64,000 bases of DNA from Carcharhinus amblyrhynchos (taxonomy: Eukaryota), in contig OZ336873.1 of assembly GCA_965287045.1 (NCBI GenBank), forward strand, positions 11,036,001 to 11,100,000, read 5' to 3'. The notes under the pieces are model-generated. The model was not told the DNA's origin, ran no database searches, and saw only the letters and a program-made list of their open reading frames with translations. Shown piece after piece: positions 1 to 12,337 of this stretch (its first letter is position 1; each line of letters begins with the position of its first letter). The position numbers were made by a program, and so were the translations under genes.

Positions 1-342
1 CATACTGCATTGCAGCAGCTCACCAAGGGTATTGACAATACCTTCCAAACCTGTGACCTCCACCACCAAGGAGGACAAGGCCAGCAGATGCATGGGGACA
101 CCTGCAAGCTCCCCTCCAAGCCACACACCCTCATGACTTGGAAATATATCACCATTCCTTCACTGTTGCTGGGTCAGAATCCTGGCATTCCCTTCCCAAC
201 AGAACTATGGCTGTGCCTACACTACATGACTGCAGCAGGGAAAGGTGGTATGTCACCATCATCTTCTCAATAGCAATTATGGTTGAGCAACAAATACTGG
301 CCTCGTCAGCAATGCCCACATTCCCATGAAGGAAGGAAAAAA
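1..342 (+). mobile_element. 3' end of an old CR1/L2-group LINE (shark type)
   Basis: Degenerate ORF2 C-terminus/3' UTR ending gcaattatggttgagcaacaaatactggcc...cacattcccatgaa plus A-rich tail; the same tail ends the SINE at 2258 and the fragment at 20620. Confidence 0.7.
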
Positions 343-632
343 GGTGTAGAATTGAAAGTAACTGCATGAAAGATGATAGTTATATTACATATAAAGTTAG
401 TAAAAACACTGACAACTCAGGCCTTCTTTTTATTTAAGAAAACGTGAATTTGGCGTATTTTACAGAAAGTCACAATTCTTCCAATGCTGAATATTTGTAC
501 CTTCTACAGTCAGTAAAAGACACAATTTATGATGTTAGTGAGTGGTGCAGGAAGATCAGTCAGCTGAATAGGATGTGTAATAATTTTTGTAGTGTTACTG
601 CGGTAAGCGGACTGAAAGTAGCTTTCACCAAA

Positions 633-650
633 TGACTCATCATGACGTCA
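633..650. promoter_or_regulatory. Adjacent AP-1 (TGACTCA) and CRE (TGACGTCA) sites
   Basis: aTGACTCAtcaTGACGTCAg: two perfect bZIP consensus sites 3 bp apart in non-repeat DNA. Confidence 0.35.
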
Positions 651-980
651 GTTAGACTCATCCTAAGAGTAACCACCCGCCACCGTGCTTTCGGAAAGAA
701 TGCCAGTGTACTTGCACATGCTGGCCTCTGTGTGGGAGATCCTGTTTCAAAACAAAACATCCTACTTTGTGACCAATAGTACACCAATACCTACTGATGA
801 GAAGCGACAGTGTTGCACTTTTGAAAATATTACTAAGCGGCGAGCATGATCATGCATTACCACTGCCCAACAGTAAAATGTAAAAAATAACCTATTCACA
901 GAGCATGTGTCCTTTATCCTATTAGGCAACTAGAGTTGGATCTGAACTGAATGTTAACATGCACATAACTGGACAGAAGT

Positions 981-1290
981 TAGAATCATAGATTCCTACA
1001 GTGCAGAGGGAGACCATTCAGTCCACTGAGGCTGCACAGACCACAATCCCACCCAGGCCCTATCCCCATAACCCCATGCATTTACCCTAGCTAGTCCGTC
1101 TGACATTAAGGAGTATGGCCAATTCACCTAACCCACACACCTTTGGAGTGTGAGGGGAAACCGGAGCATCCAGAAGAAGTGCATGCAGACATGAAGAGAA
1201 TAAGCAAACTCCACACAGACACTGACCCACGCCAGGAGTTGAACCCAGGTCCCTGGCGCTGAGGCTGCAATGCTAACCACTGTGCCACCA
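981..1290 (-). mobile_element. tRNA-derived HE1/V-SINE-like SINE, CR1-type tail
   Basis: Reverse complement has A box (tggcacagtggttag), B box (gggttcaactcc), core tgtgtggagtttgc...ccggtttcc, tail ctgcactgtaggaatctatgattcta. Confidence 0.9.
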
Positions 1291-2257
1291 GGATAAAAAT
1301 TAATACCAAAGGCTAAGGAAATCAAATGATTTCTGACAGTAAAAATGTTTACAATGAACTCCGCAACATAGATATACAAGATGATGTTAGTGCATAACAC
1401 CACCATTTCACTGACACTGTACAAGCTAAAGTGCCTAAATTCGACAATCTTTTGCAGAGTACATTAATCTACCTTTCAAAATGGAGGAACTTTGCACACC
1501 GAATGTGCTCTCAGTTTGCTTGTGTTTGCATTTTTTCTGAAGAATTTTGATTAAAAGAATCAAAATAACATTCTGAATATCGCATACCTCCATCAAATTA
1601 AGAATAAAAATTTCACAATTATCTTAGGAGCTGCAGATTCTTCTCACTTTGGTTTACAACAAACAGCATTGGAAAGAGATGCAGAAAATTATTTTGGTGC
1701 TTATTACAAACAAAAATCTGTTCTATTCTGGAAGCTGCAGAGAAAGTTTTGGAGCAGTCTGGTTGATTAAAAAACTGACCTTGTATGCACACACCATGAT
1801 TCAATTTTAACTTCTTTTATGGGGTGGGTGTTTGTGAGAGGAAATAAAATTCCCATTATAAACAGTACAATGGCTAAAACGATTTTGCCAACCTGGTATT
1901 GAAAATGGATCTTGTCAGAGATAACAAATTGGGAGTTAGTCATAAACTCAGTGCTGCAACTGCTTAAAAAAGTGCTCGAGACAACAGGCGGGGAGGCGGT
2001 GGTGTTGCGGTATTGTCGCAGAAGGTGGATGGCATGAAGGGGTGATCAGGGTCTCGCAGGAAAAGTCTGGGGAGAATTTTGGCGGGGGGGGGCGTTGGAA
2101 GGAAGGTCTGGAAGTCACTTCAGGTTTCTCCATGTTTAGGGTTACAGGGACAGAGTGGGGATAGGTTTCTTGAGCCCACCCGCCCGCCCACCTCCCCCCC
2201 ACCCCCCCAATAAAAATTGAGGCTGGGCAGTAAAACACCCTTGAGCAGCAATTAAAA

Positions 2258-2596
2258 GAGGCGATGGCCTAGTGGTATTATCGTTAGACCATTAATCCAG
2301 AAACTCAACTAATGTTCTGGGGACCTAGGTTTGAATCCCGCCACAGCATTGGAATTCAATAAAAAATATCTGGAATTAAGAATTTACCGATGACCATGAA
2401 ATCATTGTCGTTTGTCAGAAAGACTCATCTGGATTGTTTTTAAGAAAGGAAACCTACCACCCTTACCTGGTCTGGCTTACATGTGATCCCAGAGACACAG
2501 CATTGTGGCTAATGCTCAATTGCCCTCGGGCAACTAGGGATGGGCAATAAATACTGGCCACCCAGAGATGCTTATTTCCCATGAATGAATAAAAAA
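2258..2596 (+). mobile_element. Second tRNA-derived SINE family (tail shared with the LINE at 1-342)
   Basis: gaggcgatggcctagtggta head, ggtttgaatccc B box, tail gggcaactagggatgggcaataaa...atgaatgaataaaaaa; related copies at 7615, 17863, 40008. Confidence 0.85.
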
Positions 2597-2713
2597 TGTG
2601 ATCACTTTAGGGCCTTAATTTGGGTATGGGCAGGCATCCCCCATCTGCAATTGTGACCAGGTTAGGTGGGTGGGGGAGGCAAGGAGGGGAAGTGGTTAAA
2701 TTCTAGTCATGGT

Positions 2714-2780
2714 TCAAAGATTTTCATCTTGCACTCATCAGGACAAACCCAAGAATGTCAAATTTCAAATGATCATAACC
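2714..2780 (-). mobile_element. Penelope-derived fragment with degenerate hammerhead core (family C)
   Basis: Minus strand reads gtcCTGATGAgtgcaagatGAAAatctttga; related to the arms at 62855-62969. Confidence 0.55.
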
Positions 2781-2857
2781 CTTGCTGCCTCATTCAAATG
2801 AAGTACAAGACTTGGATATATTCTTCTTGCTTACAGTGAACTGGTCCCCCCATATTG

Positions 2858-3943
2858 GTTGTCAAATAGGAGACAGAGAGTGGGGGTCAATGGGTGCTAT
2901 TCGGATTGGCGGATGGTGACTAGTGGAGTGCCCCAGGGGTCGGTGCTGGGGCCTCAGCTATTTACCATTTATATAGATGATCTGGAAGAGGGAACCGAGT
3001 GTAGGGTGTCGAAATTTGCTGATGACACCAAGATTGGTGGAACGGCAAATTGTGCGGAGGGTGTGGAGAGTCTACAGAAGGAGCTAGATAGGCTGGGCGA
3101 ATGGACCAGGAAATGGCAAATGGAATTTAACGTTGGCAAGTGCAAGGTGGTCCACTTTGGTAGGAATAATGGTAGGAAGGATTATTACTTACGTGGCGAA
3201 AAACTGCAGCAGGCAACGGTGCAGAGGGACCTCGGGGTCCTTGTGCATGAGTCGCAAAAACCCAGCTTGCAGGTGTCAGGAAGGCGCATGGGATGCTGGC
3301 CTTCATAGCGAGGGGGATTGAATATAAAAGTAGGGAGGTCTTGCTGCGGCTGTATAGGGCATTGGTGAGGCCACAGCTGGAGTACTGTGTGCAGTTTTGG
3401 GCGCCGTACTTACGCAAGGATATTTTGGCCTTGGAGGGAGTGCAGAGGAGGTTTACTAGGCTGATGCCGGAGTTGAGGGGGTTGAGCTATGAGGAGAGGC
3501 TGAATAAACCAGGCTTGTACTCGTTAGAGTTTAGAAGAATGAGGGGAGATCTCATTAAGACGTATAAAATGATGAATGGGATGGATAGGATAGAGGTGGA
3601 GAGACTCTTCCCGCTCAGAAAGGATAGTAGGACTAGGGGGCACAGCCTCAAGATAAAGGGGGGGGGGGGCGGTTTAGAACGGAGTTGAGGAGGAACTTCT
3701 TCACTCAAAGGGTGGTGAATCTCTGGAATTCTCTGCCTGTTGAAGTGGTGGAGGCTACCTCGCTAAATATTTTTAAGACGCGGGTTGATGGGTTTTTGAT
3801 AAGAGAGGGGATTAAGGGTTATGGGGAGAGGGCGGGAATGTGGAACTGAGCCACGACAGATCAGCCATGATCTTATTGAATGGCGGGGCAGGCTCGAAGG
3901 GCTAGATGGCCTACTCCTGCTCCTATTTCTTATGTTCTTATGT
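2858..3943 (+). mobile_element. Young CR1 (HER1-like) LINE, 5'-truncated ORF2 RT and 3' UTR
   Basis: ORF 2859-3308 has GVPQGSVLGP and KFADDTK RT motifs; ORF 3293-3688 has LVRPQLEYCVQFW; frameshifted by a small deletion near 3275 and a G-run near 3658; tail ttcttatgttcttatg. Confidence 0.97.
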
Positions 3944-4904
3944 CATGTGTAGAAAGTGTAAATGAGCCAAGTTATGAGTTTGGCTGATAATCTTAAATGG
4001 GTTGTTAGTGTCATTATCAGTACTTAAGTAACATACTGCAGTATATGCAGTACAATGTCAACGCTACCTAAAATAAACGGAAAAAGACCTTGCAGAAAAC
4101 GTTCAAACACCATTCTCTTCAGATTTTGACATAAAAATATTCTGGATAGATGAGAAATAAAAGCAACAAGACTCTTTCTGCAGATATAAGCCCCGAGGCT
4201 CCTCCTACACCTGCACATATCACATCCCTTTCACTTGGACCTAGGTCAGGTCTCTGTTCATCGGGCAATTGCTGAGGAGGGATTGTGACTGTAGATGTGA
4301 CATAGCTCATTGTTACTGCTGCTATTGCTGACAGCAGCAGTAATCCCAGCAGATTTAACCACTCACACTCCAGTTCTGGTGCTTTTCATGCCTACTTTGC
4401 TGGATGGTGGAAACTGAACCTTCACATCAGTCTGACTGCCACATTTTCTCAGAGGGGTGCTGGGAAGCCACTGCCAATTGCAGCTCAAACTCTTGGCTTT
4501 TGGACAGATAGTACTTAGTTGCACAATGATTGATTATCAGCCAAATATTTTCCTGAACTAGAGCAAAGACTGAAGCGAAAGGGAACTAAGGAGAGCTTGG
4601 TGAAAATGAAGCTATGAGCCTGTGGACATGTCTGTACTGTCAGATTAAGGTGCAGGCTAGTGAGTAAACTTCAGGCATTTTAGATTGCAATGCAGCTGTG
4701 GAGTATCTGATTCAAAACTATGAAAAAGCAAGTACAGTGGATTTTTGAATACATTTATCACTATATAATGTATAACCTGAGTCAGATCTCAGTTAGGATA
4801 TACATACTGTGCTCCACACTACAGGGAAATCTTGAACTCTGGAGAGCATACAATGCAGATTCACAACAATACTGGCTAATTTGAGGAAATACAAATGAAT
4901 CCCA

Positions 4905-5200
4905 GAACTGTTACGATATAATAGGCCATTCGATCCAGCATGTCCACTCCAGCTTTCAAAATAAGCATTATGACATAGCACCATCCTCATGCCTTTTCCC
5001 CTGCACTTTGTTTCTATTCAAGTAATCATCTAATGCCCTCTTGGATGCCTCAATTGAACCTGCCGCAACCACACGTCCATACTGTGCATTCCAAACCTGA
5101 ACCAGGGCTGTATGAAAGTCTTTTCTCACTTTGCACTTGCTTCTTTTGCAAATCCTTTAAAATCTGTGCTCTATTGTTCTTTATCCTTTTATGAGCGGGA
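4905..5200 (-). mobile_element. Old CR1 3' end remnant
   Basis: ggccattcgatccagc tail hairpin and ctaatgccctcttggatgcctcaattgaacctgcc match reverse-complemented CR1 ends. Confidence 0.6.
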
Positions 5201-5207
5201 ACAGCGA

Positions 5208-6215
5208 GGGCAATCTTGAACGCATGCTCACCGTCCATATGAATGCCAGTGGGGGTTCACAATCTGGAAGTCGCAGTTCTCACTAGCAATTTCACGATTT
5301 TGGATCTTCCCTGCCCCTCGCCAGCAATGTCATCAGGTCCATACTGCTCATGCTTTACATTATTTGAATATGTTCAAATGTTATTAATCAAATCTCTCGC
5401 CAGATATTGACCCCTCACCCACCCCTTGCTGTATATTAATACTGTGCCAACATGAAGTCACACTGGCACAGTTTACAACAGATTCGCACAGACATGAATC
5501 TGTTAAGGTCTCCCGAGGGGTGCAGAAGTATAGCCTCGGAGGAAGGGAAATGGCAAGGCAGTGGTTTGGCGATGCCCACAGGCATTGCTCCATGGCACAG
5601 TTTGGCACTACCCTGATTGGCACCATGCCCATACCAACCTGGCAATGCCAAGCTATACCAAGGGGAGGGCTTCATGGGGGCGATGGGGGAGATTCATTTA
5701 GATGTGGTGGTGGCAGGGAGTGGAAGTTGGGGATGCCAGGGATGGCCGTTTGATGGGGATGGGGGTGGATGCCAGCTCAAGCTGTGGGAGGATGAGGGGA
5801 GAGGGGTGAGAAGGAGCTGATTATCGGGGCAGGGCGGGATGGGCAGGTTGGGGGGGGACGAGTGATGATGATCAAGGGAGGAGGGGCTGATGATCGGAGA
5901 GGGGATAGCAAAGTGCCAACTCTGTTCAGGGGTGAGGCAGGGACCCCTGAGGCCTCTCTCATAGGCTGGAGGGGGGTGCCTTACTCAGGGTATGCTTGGG
6001 GTGCTCTTTAAAGACGGCGCCCTGGTCTCTGTTCAACTGGGTTTTGTCTTGTTAAGGCTCCACCGCCCTGTATGACTGTGTGAAACACACTCACCTGATT
6101 ATTTTTGGCAGAATGTCGTAAGATCTGGAGAGAAAACCGATATGTTTCTCTGGAGAAAAAGACGTCAGTTTTCTCGCCAGAATCAACACTGCCATTTTTG
6201 GGTAAGACTTAGCCC
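5208..6215. mobile_element. GC-rich non-autonomous Harbinger-like DNA transposon (long MITE)
   Basis: Imperfect TIRs gggcaatctt...aagacttagccc; internal similarity to 59728-60546 (ggtctcccgagg, ggca/tgcc repeats, G-rich block, ctttaaaga). Confidence 0.6.
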
Positions 6216-6227
6216 CATTTCTCCCTA

Positions 6228-6960
6228 TTTATTCTGTCCAGTCCCTGAGGTCTAACTCGTGTTTTACACAAGTTTAGCATAATCTCCTTGCTCTTATATT
6301 CAATGCCACCATTAATAATGTCAAGGAAACCGTATGCTTTATTAACTGCTCTCTCCACCTGTTCTGGCACCTTCAATAACTTACGCACACATACACCCAA
6401 GTCCCATTGCTCCTGCACATTTTTTAGAGTAGTACTGCTTTCTAATAAATCGATGTGGCTCCAAGTAACAAGAGATTTATTGCCAGAGATAAATAAGTAT
6501 TTACAACAAAATGTAAGATAGAATCAACTATGCAACTCTCCTCCCAGTCTCTAACTGCAGGACCTCCTCAACCCGAGACCTCATCAATGAGCCCTTGCTC
6601 CTGGATAGCTCAGCTTCCTGAATTAACAATATACAGGGTCCGCTCCAATCACGTGGCCCTCAGGGAACGCTCCCTTAAAGGAACCTTGCTACCACACCCT
6701 TATTTTATATTGTTTCTCCATGTTCTCCCTACCAAAATGAATCACTTCACACTTATCCATACTGAACTCCATCTGCCACCTATCTATCCATTCCACCAAT
6801 TTGTCTATGCCCTTTCGAAGTCCTCCACTGTACCCCACACAGTCTACAATACTTTCAAGTTTTGTATCATTTGCAAACTTTGAAAACGTCACCTGCACAC
6901 TAATATCTGGATCAATGAAATACATCAGGAAAAGCAAGCGAATACTGACCCCCTAGAGAA
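6228..6960 (-). mobile_element. Old CR1 RT remnant interrupted by an LTR-like insert
   Basis: ORFs 6689-6937 (SKFANDTKL...WQMEFSMDKCEVIHFGR) and 6209-6418 (GIEYKSKEIMLNL...VRPQ) are consecutive CR1 ORF2 pieces. Confidence 0.9.
6436..6696 (-). mobile_element. Solo-LTR-like insertion
   Basis: Splits the CR1 remnant; minus strand starts TGTGG, contains a tata element and AATAAA, ends CA; no TSD seen. Confidence 0.5.
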
Positions 6961-7300
6961 CTCCATCACAACACTTCCTCCAGCCCAAAATATAACCGTT
7001 AACCATAAGAAAAAATGCTTTAAAATTAGGTCTTATTCCTTTAAAAGAATGCAGATAATTGGGTAATCTGATATAAACGTTTAACATCATGCAGGGATAG
7101 GGCAGGGTAGATAGACTGTTTATAGCAATTAAGGGATCTACAACTGTAGATACAAGGTGAAATGTAAAAGATGAACAGTGAACATTTGAAATTCCTTCAC
7201 AGAGAATATTGTCAGGCTGTGAAATTTACTTTCTGAGTCCATGTCTGGAATAGAAACATTCAAGTTTATTTTCATTGGTGACTGAAGAAAAAGAGATTAA

Positions 7301-7590
7301 CAGTGGCACAGTGGTTAGCTTAGCTGCCTCACAGCACCAGGGACCCAGGTTCAATTCTAGCCCTGGGTGATTTAATGTGTGAAGTTTGCAAGTCCTCCTC
7401 GTGTCTGCGTGGGTTTCCTCCAGGTGTTCCAGTTTCCTCCCACACTCAAGATGTGCAGGTTGGGTGGATTGGCCATGCTAAACTGACCCTCAGTGTCGGG
7501 GGATTAACAGGATAAATACATGGGGCTACAGGGAATGGCCTAGGTGGGATTGTTGTTGGTGCAGGCCCGATGGGCACTGTAAAGATTCTA
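7301..7590 (+). mobile_element. HE1/V-SINE-like SINE
   Basis: A/B boxes, gtgtctgcgtgggtttcctcc core, cactgtaaagattcta tail. Confidence 0.9.
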
Positions 7591-7614
7591 GGGTGGCTAA
7601 ATGTGGTCTATAGC

Positions 7615-7846
7615 GACTGTTATTGAAAACCCATCTGGTTCACAAATGCCATTTAGGGAAGGAAATCGGCCATCCTTACCTGGTACGGCCTACATGTGAC
7701 TCCAGACCCAAAGCAATGTGGTTGACTCTTAACTGCACTCTGAAATGGACCTGGCGAGCCACTCGGGAGGGCAATTACGGATAGGCAACAAACACCGGCC
7801 TTTCCAGCAGTGCCCACGTTCCATGAAAAGATAAAGAAAGAGAAAA
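7615..7846 (+). mobile_element. Second SINE family, 3' part
   Basis: cccatctggttcac...ggcctacatgtgactccagaccc, matching the 2258 copy. Confidence 0.8.
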
Positions 7847-9185
7847 GGCAATTGTCATCTCATTGTTACAGCACTTAAAGGGTTAATCTTTGCGAGGTGC
7901 TCTCGGCCAGAATTCGTTCCTAGCATGGCCTTCTCTGCTGTAAAACTGCAGAAAGACTGCCAGACTGGATGCTGCAGCAGCAGTGACTTTCACGTGATGG
8001 AAACTGCTGAAATAAGCCTGCAGCATGTGCACTATGAATGGAGAGAGGAGTAATTAATTGCTGTGCCATTTAGCTGCACATTATTCTGCACTCTTCTGTA
8101 AACACACAGTTAAGTGTCTTACTTAGTAAAGTGTCATCATAGCAATACCCGTCTCTTTAATTTAGATACCAAATTCACTTCCATTCTTCAAAGTAAATCT
8201 GTTAAGGTGTTTATTAAAATGCATTTGCATGTCCAATCAAACCTCATTATTATGAACTCCTGGGAACGTACAGAAGTAATTCATTCTATGATCATCTTTA
8301 TCAAGGTTTCAGCGTTATTATTGATTATAATGAATTTTATATATTAATATACGTTCGCATATATACACAGAGACAGACAGAAAAAATTATCGATACCCAG
8401 GAGTGATTACATGGCCATAATCTCAATGAGAAAATCAAGCTGTTTATAACCATCTGAAGCTCAAGATGAAATTACAGCCCTGAAATCATTAAAATTCTTT
8501 TTAAAAAGCGGTCAATAGAGTAATTTCATTCCATTTGCAGCACTGTTTTTTTAAAAAGCAGTGGTAGATGTCACTGAAGTCATCAATGCCCAAAACAATC
8601 CATGCAGTTTGATGTGTGATGACATCCCCACTGAGGGATTGATGGCTGCAACACAATCACTGTGGTTTATGGAGTGTTAACCTTCAGCCGATTACCAGAA
8701 AACGTGTCAAAGTTTACACTGTAATGAACCCTACGCTGTGCAATCAATGGGCTGATGTTGCTGAAAGGGTTAAGATATGAAATTCTTTCCAGAAAGATAC
8801 ACGGGTGAAGTGCAGATGCTGCATTAACCGAGGTGAAAGTTCAAACAATTTTAGCTTTTGGGACACATTTATTTGGTTTAGCAGAAGGGCATAAGCCAGG
8901 CAAAGGCAGTTTAAGGTCAGCAGAACTGTCAGTTCCTCTTCAATTGTGCTGTTGTTGTTATGTGTTGGTATGGCAAAAAGTTACAGACCTTAAGCACAAA
9001 GCCACAGTGTGATTCTGCTGGCTTGTTCAGACACTGGTGGAACCCTTCATCCCATGATATTTGGACCAAAAAACTACAATAGTGAACACTAGTTTGCCTA
9101 CTTAAACACACAGATAGTGCGCTATAGTTGATGTTACAGCATATACGGAGAATAAACATGTCTCTATCAAACACATTCTTCAATA

Positions 9186-9509
9186 GAGCAGCTTGATGGC
9201 ACAAGTAGTTAGCACAGCTATTTCACAGCATCAGGGACCTGGGTTCAATTCTGGTCTTGGGTGACTGTCTGTGCAGAGTCTGCACGTTCTCCCCATGTTT
9301 GCATGCATTCCCTCCGGGTGCTCCAGTTTTCCTCCCACAGTCCAAAGGTGTGCAGGTTACATTGATTGGCCATGCTAAATTTCTCCTCAGTGCGCTAAGA
9401 TGTATAATTAAGGAGGATTAGCAGAGTTAAAACTGGGCTATGGGTTAAGCCTGGGTAACATTCGGTTCAGACTCGATAGGCCAAATGGCCTCCTTTTGCA
9501 CTCGTTCTA
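9186..9509 (+). mobile_element. HE1/V-SINE-like SINE
   Basis: Head, core and gactcgataggccaaatggcctcc tail. Confidence 0.85.
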
Positions 9510-9593
9510 CAAGTAGACTTTGTGAACCCACCAGTGATGAAACGTTCAGCGAACTTGCCTTAAATCAGATACTGGTTTTCAAAACCATTTCAA

Positions 9594-9857
9594 TTGATTT
9601 GATTTATCATTGTCACATGCATTGGGATACAGTAAAAAGTATTGTTTCTTGCATGCTATACAAACAAAGCATACTGTACATAAAGAAGAAAAGGAGAGGG
9701 TGCAGAATGTAGTGTTTCAGTCATAGAATAATGTGTTGTTAGAGGCTTTAAAAGAGTTAGAATAGAGTTTTAGAAACATAGAACGAGAATAAAAGATAGA
9801 ATATGAGGGTACGCTGGGCACAGCTCGCAAGAAGTCGCCATGCTCCGGCACCATCTT
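9594..9857 (-). mobile_element. Short Rex1/Babar-derived element (putative 5' end joined to 3' UTR)
   Basis: 9594-9727 is the reverse complement of the Rex 3' UTR at about 36280-36424 with an (aaatc)n tail; minus strand starts aagatggtgccggag. Confidence 0.6.
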
Positions 9858-10407
9858 AAAATCAGGTAGTATATTTAAAATTGAGGAACAATTAGGGACA
9901 TAAGAAAGGATAACAATTCCTTGACAGTGTGTCTAGTTCACATACTTTTAACGTATATCACCGTCTGATTCCCTCATAAGCTTAGAACTTCTGGTTTCAG
10001 GTTGGCCTTCAGAGACAAAGAAATAAACAGCATCTTCCACAAAGTGCATGTAAAATAAAAACAGAGGGATATTTAACTATTAATACAAAAGCAAAATACT
10101 GCCAATTTTACAAAATACTACAGCTGAAGTGAAAATAAAAATGCTGGAATTTTTTTTCCCTCAAATTTGGCAGTTGGGGTGAAGCGCATAGTAAGGAGGG
10201 ATAAGAGCGACTAACTTCATGCAATATGACTTTCATTCCTGTAATTTACAAACTCAGATCTAAATACTGAGACTTTTTCATTTAGCTTATCTCAAAACCT
10301 TTTTCAGTATTTGTAGAATGATTTATAGCCACTGCAATTTGTTTTAATCCCTTTGGTCATGATGACTAGACAAAATGTACAATATTGACTGCTTGTCTAA
10401 TTTCATT

Positions 10408-10865
10408 GAGAGGAAAAGAGTGGATGGAAGGGGGACGGAGAAAGGGAGTGCAGAGGAAGGCACAGGATGATAGCAGGAGATCAGTACAGGAGAGGAGGAA
10501 ATGGTATGGAACATGACAGAATGATATGGGATTGGGGGTGGGGGGTTGCAGGGAAAAGGGAGGAAAGAGAGAAGAGGAGGCCAGAAAGAAGATGAGAACA
10601 GGGAGGAGTGGAAAGGAAAGCAGAGAGAGGAGAGGAGAGGAGTGGGGGAAGTTGGGGGTGGGGGGCAGTGGGGAGGGGAGTTGGGGGGGAGTGAGGGAGG
10701 CACGGGGGTAGGGGGCGAGGGAGAGGCGAGAGGAGAGAAAAAGAGAGAGAGAAGAGGCAAGCCTAGGAGAGAGGAAAGGTGAGGCGAGGAAGGGCAGAGA
10801 TAGGAGAGGAGGTCAGGGGTGGGAGGTCAGGAAAGGAGAGAAATGGGGGAGGGGAGGAAGAGAGA
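10408..10865 (+). repeat. Polypurine (G/A-rich) low-complexity tract
   Basis: About 450 bp strongly purine-biased on +, with several G4-G8 runs. Confidence 0.9.
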
Positions 10866-12149
10866 CCCTGCCATTATACAACAACCACCCACATGTGTAC
10901 AAGACCACAAGAAATTGGAGAGGTCGTAGACCATACAGCCTATCGAACCCACTCTCCAAATCCCTTGATTATCTGAGACACCAACTCTGTTTATCTCAGC
11001 CTTAAATGTTTTCAATGTTGCAGCGCTACAACATTCTGGAGTGGAGAATTCTGTATACATATCACAATGACTCACAATCTTGTCCTGTTTTCGGTCTTCA
11101 TTATTGCAAGGACACTCCTTTGACAATGCAGCTTATCTTATTGAATATTTTTATATCTGCACTTATTGCAGATAAGTGTATCAAGATAGTCACACAACCA
11201 ATAGCATGACGGCCTAATTAATCGCAGGATTGCAATTCAAGCAATTTGCACAGCACCTGAACCATGGAAAAGGTATTGCATGAATTCTGTGCACACGCAT
11301 ACACCTTGTGAGATACATATAGCCTACAAGGTTCACCTTTTCAGACAGATCTCTAACATATGCCCCAATAATCCCTGCAGTGAGACTTCCCTCAAACCAT
11401 TTACTTTCAAACCAGATGTGAAAGATGTAAGCGAATTCAGGATGAAGAAATCAGAGCTTTCCACCTTGATCTCAATACAGTGTTGTTCATCAATAATTCA
11501 GGCACCCTGTGAGAAAAGGGATGACAGGTCTCTCTTCCTAACACATTTGAGTGCATGGTCGAACAGGTCTGATGGAAAGGGGAAGTAATATTAGCTATTT
11601 TCATATCATGGGAGCCGACAAGCAGCAGCGAACATGATTTAAAAAAAAACCTACCTGGCTTCTTTTTTTTAACCACTGGGTGCTCATTCATTCATCACTC
11701 TCTCAATAAAGTCTGCTTGCTAACCCCCAGTTCCGCCCGATCTTCTTGCAACCAAGACATATCATCTGCTCAATTACTTATTTGTGTTGCAAAAGAATCC
11801 CATTATCTCTCACAGCTGATAAAATATTAATAAAAACAGGAATATTGCACTTTCCCAATCTGGCTGTCTTTCAATGGTATTACACTGACTCGGTGAAAGA
11901 TCTGAGGGTCAGATAATAGCTTCTGAAGGATGGGAGGGGTCGAAAGATGAACATTTCGTTGATTAGTTGTAGTCTGATTGAGAGCCACATGCTCACACAC
12001 AGGTAGGAATCAACTGTCCTGTTTCTTAAAAAGTTGGACTATTTGAATGAGCTTGATTTAACCCCACACGTTCACCTAAAATCACAGTATGTGGTGCCTG
12101 ACTATAATAAGCAATGCTAATGCATGCAAGATCTGCAAACAATACTTAC

Positions 12150-12337
12150 GCCAAATGTGAACTCTCTTTTTTAAATTCTGCTTTAAATTCAGCCTTGTTT
12201 TCAGATTTGTCTTTAACTAATTGTGCTTGCTTTGTATCTTCATGACTAAACATAACTGTGTGCATGCAAATGAACGGTTCCTTTTTGTAATTATCTGTGC
12301 AGTTGAGGTTTATAGATGTTTTGGCAGAATTTTCCAT
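12150..12337 (-). other. Candidate exon (ATG-initiated ORF ending at a GTAAGT donor)
   Basis: MENSAKTS...KKESSHL open up to GC|GTAAGT, with TGCATG about 20 nt into the putative intron; peptide not recognised. Confidence 0.25.

Noticed and set aside
3658-3669. G-run in the CR1 as a programmed frameshift
   Set aside because: Sister copies read ggggaggcgg; homopolymer slippage or sequencing error is simpler
3127-3708. Recurring antisense ORFs (AQNCTQYSSCGLTNALYS..., LPFILRLCPLVL...) in three places
   Set aside because: Shadow frames of the same CR1 sequence; they recur only because the repeat recurs
10344-10976. Pro-rich and Gly/Glu/Arg-rich ORFs
   Set aside because: Artefacts of the low-complexity purine tract
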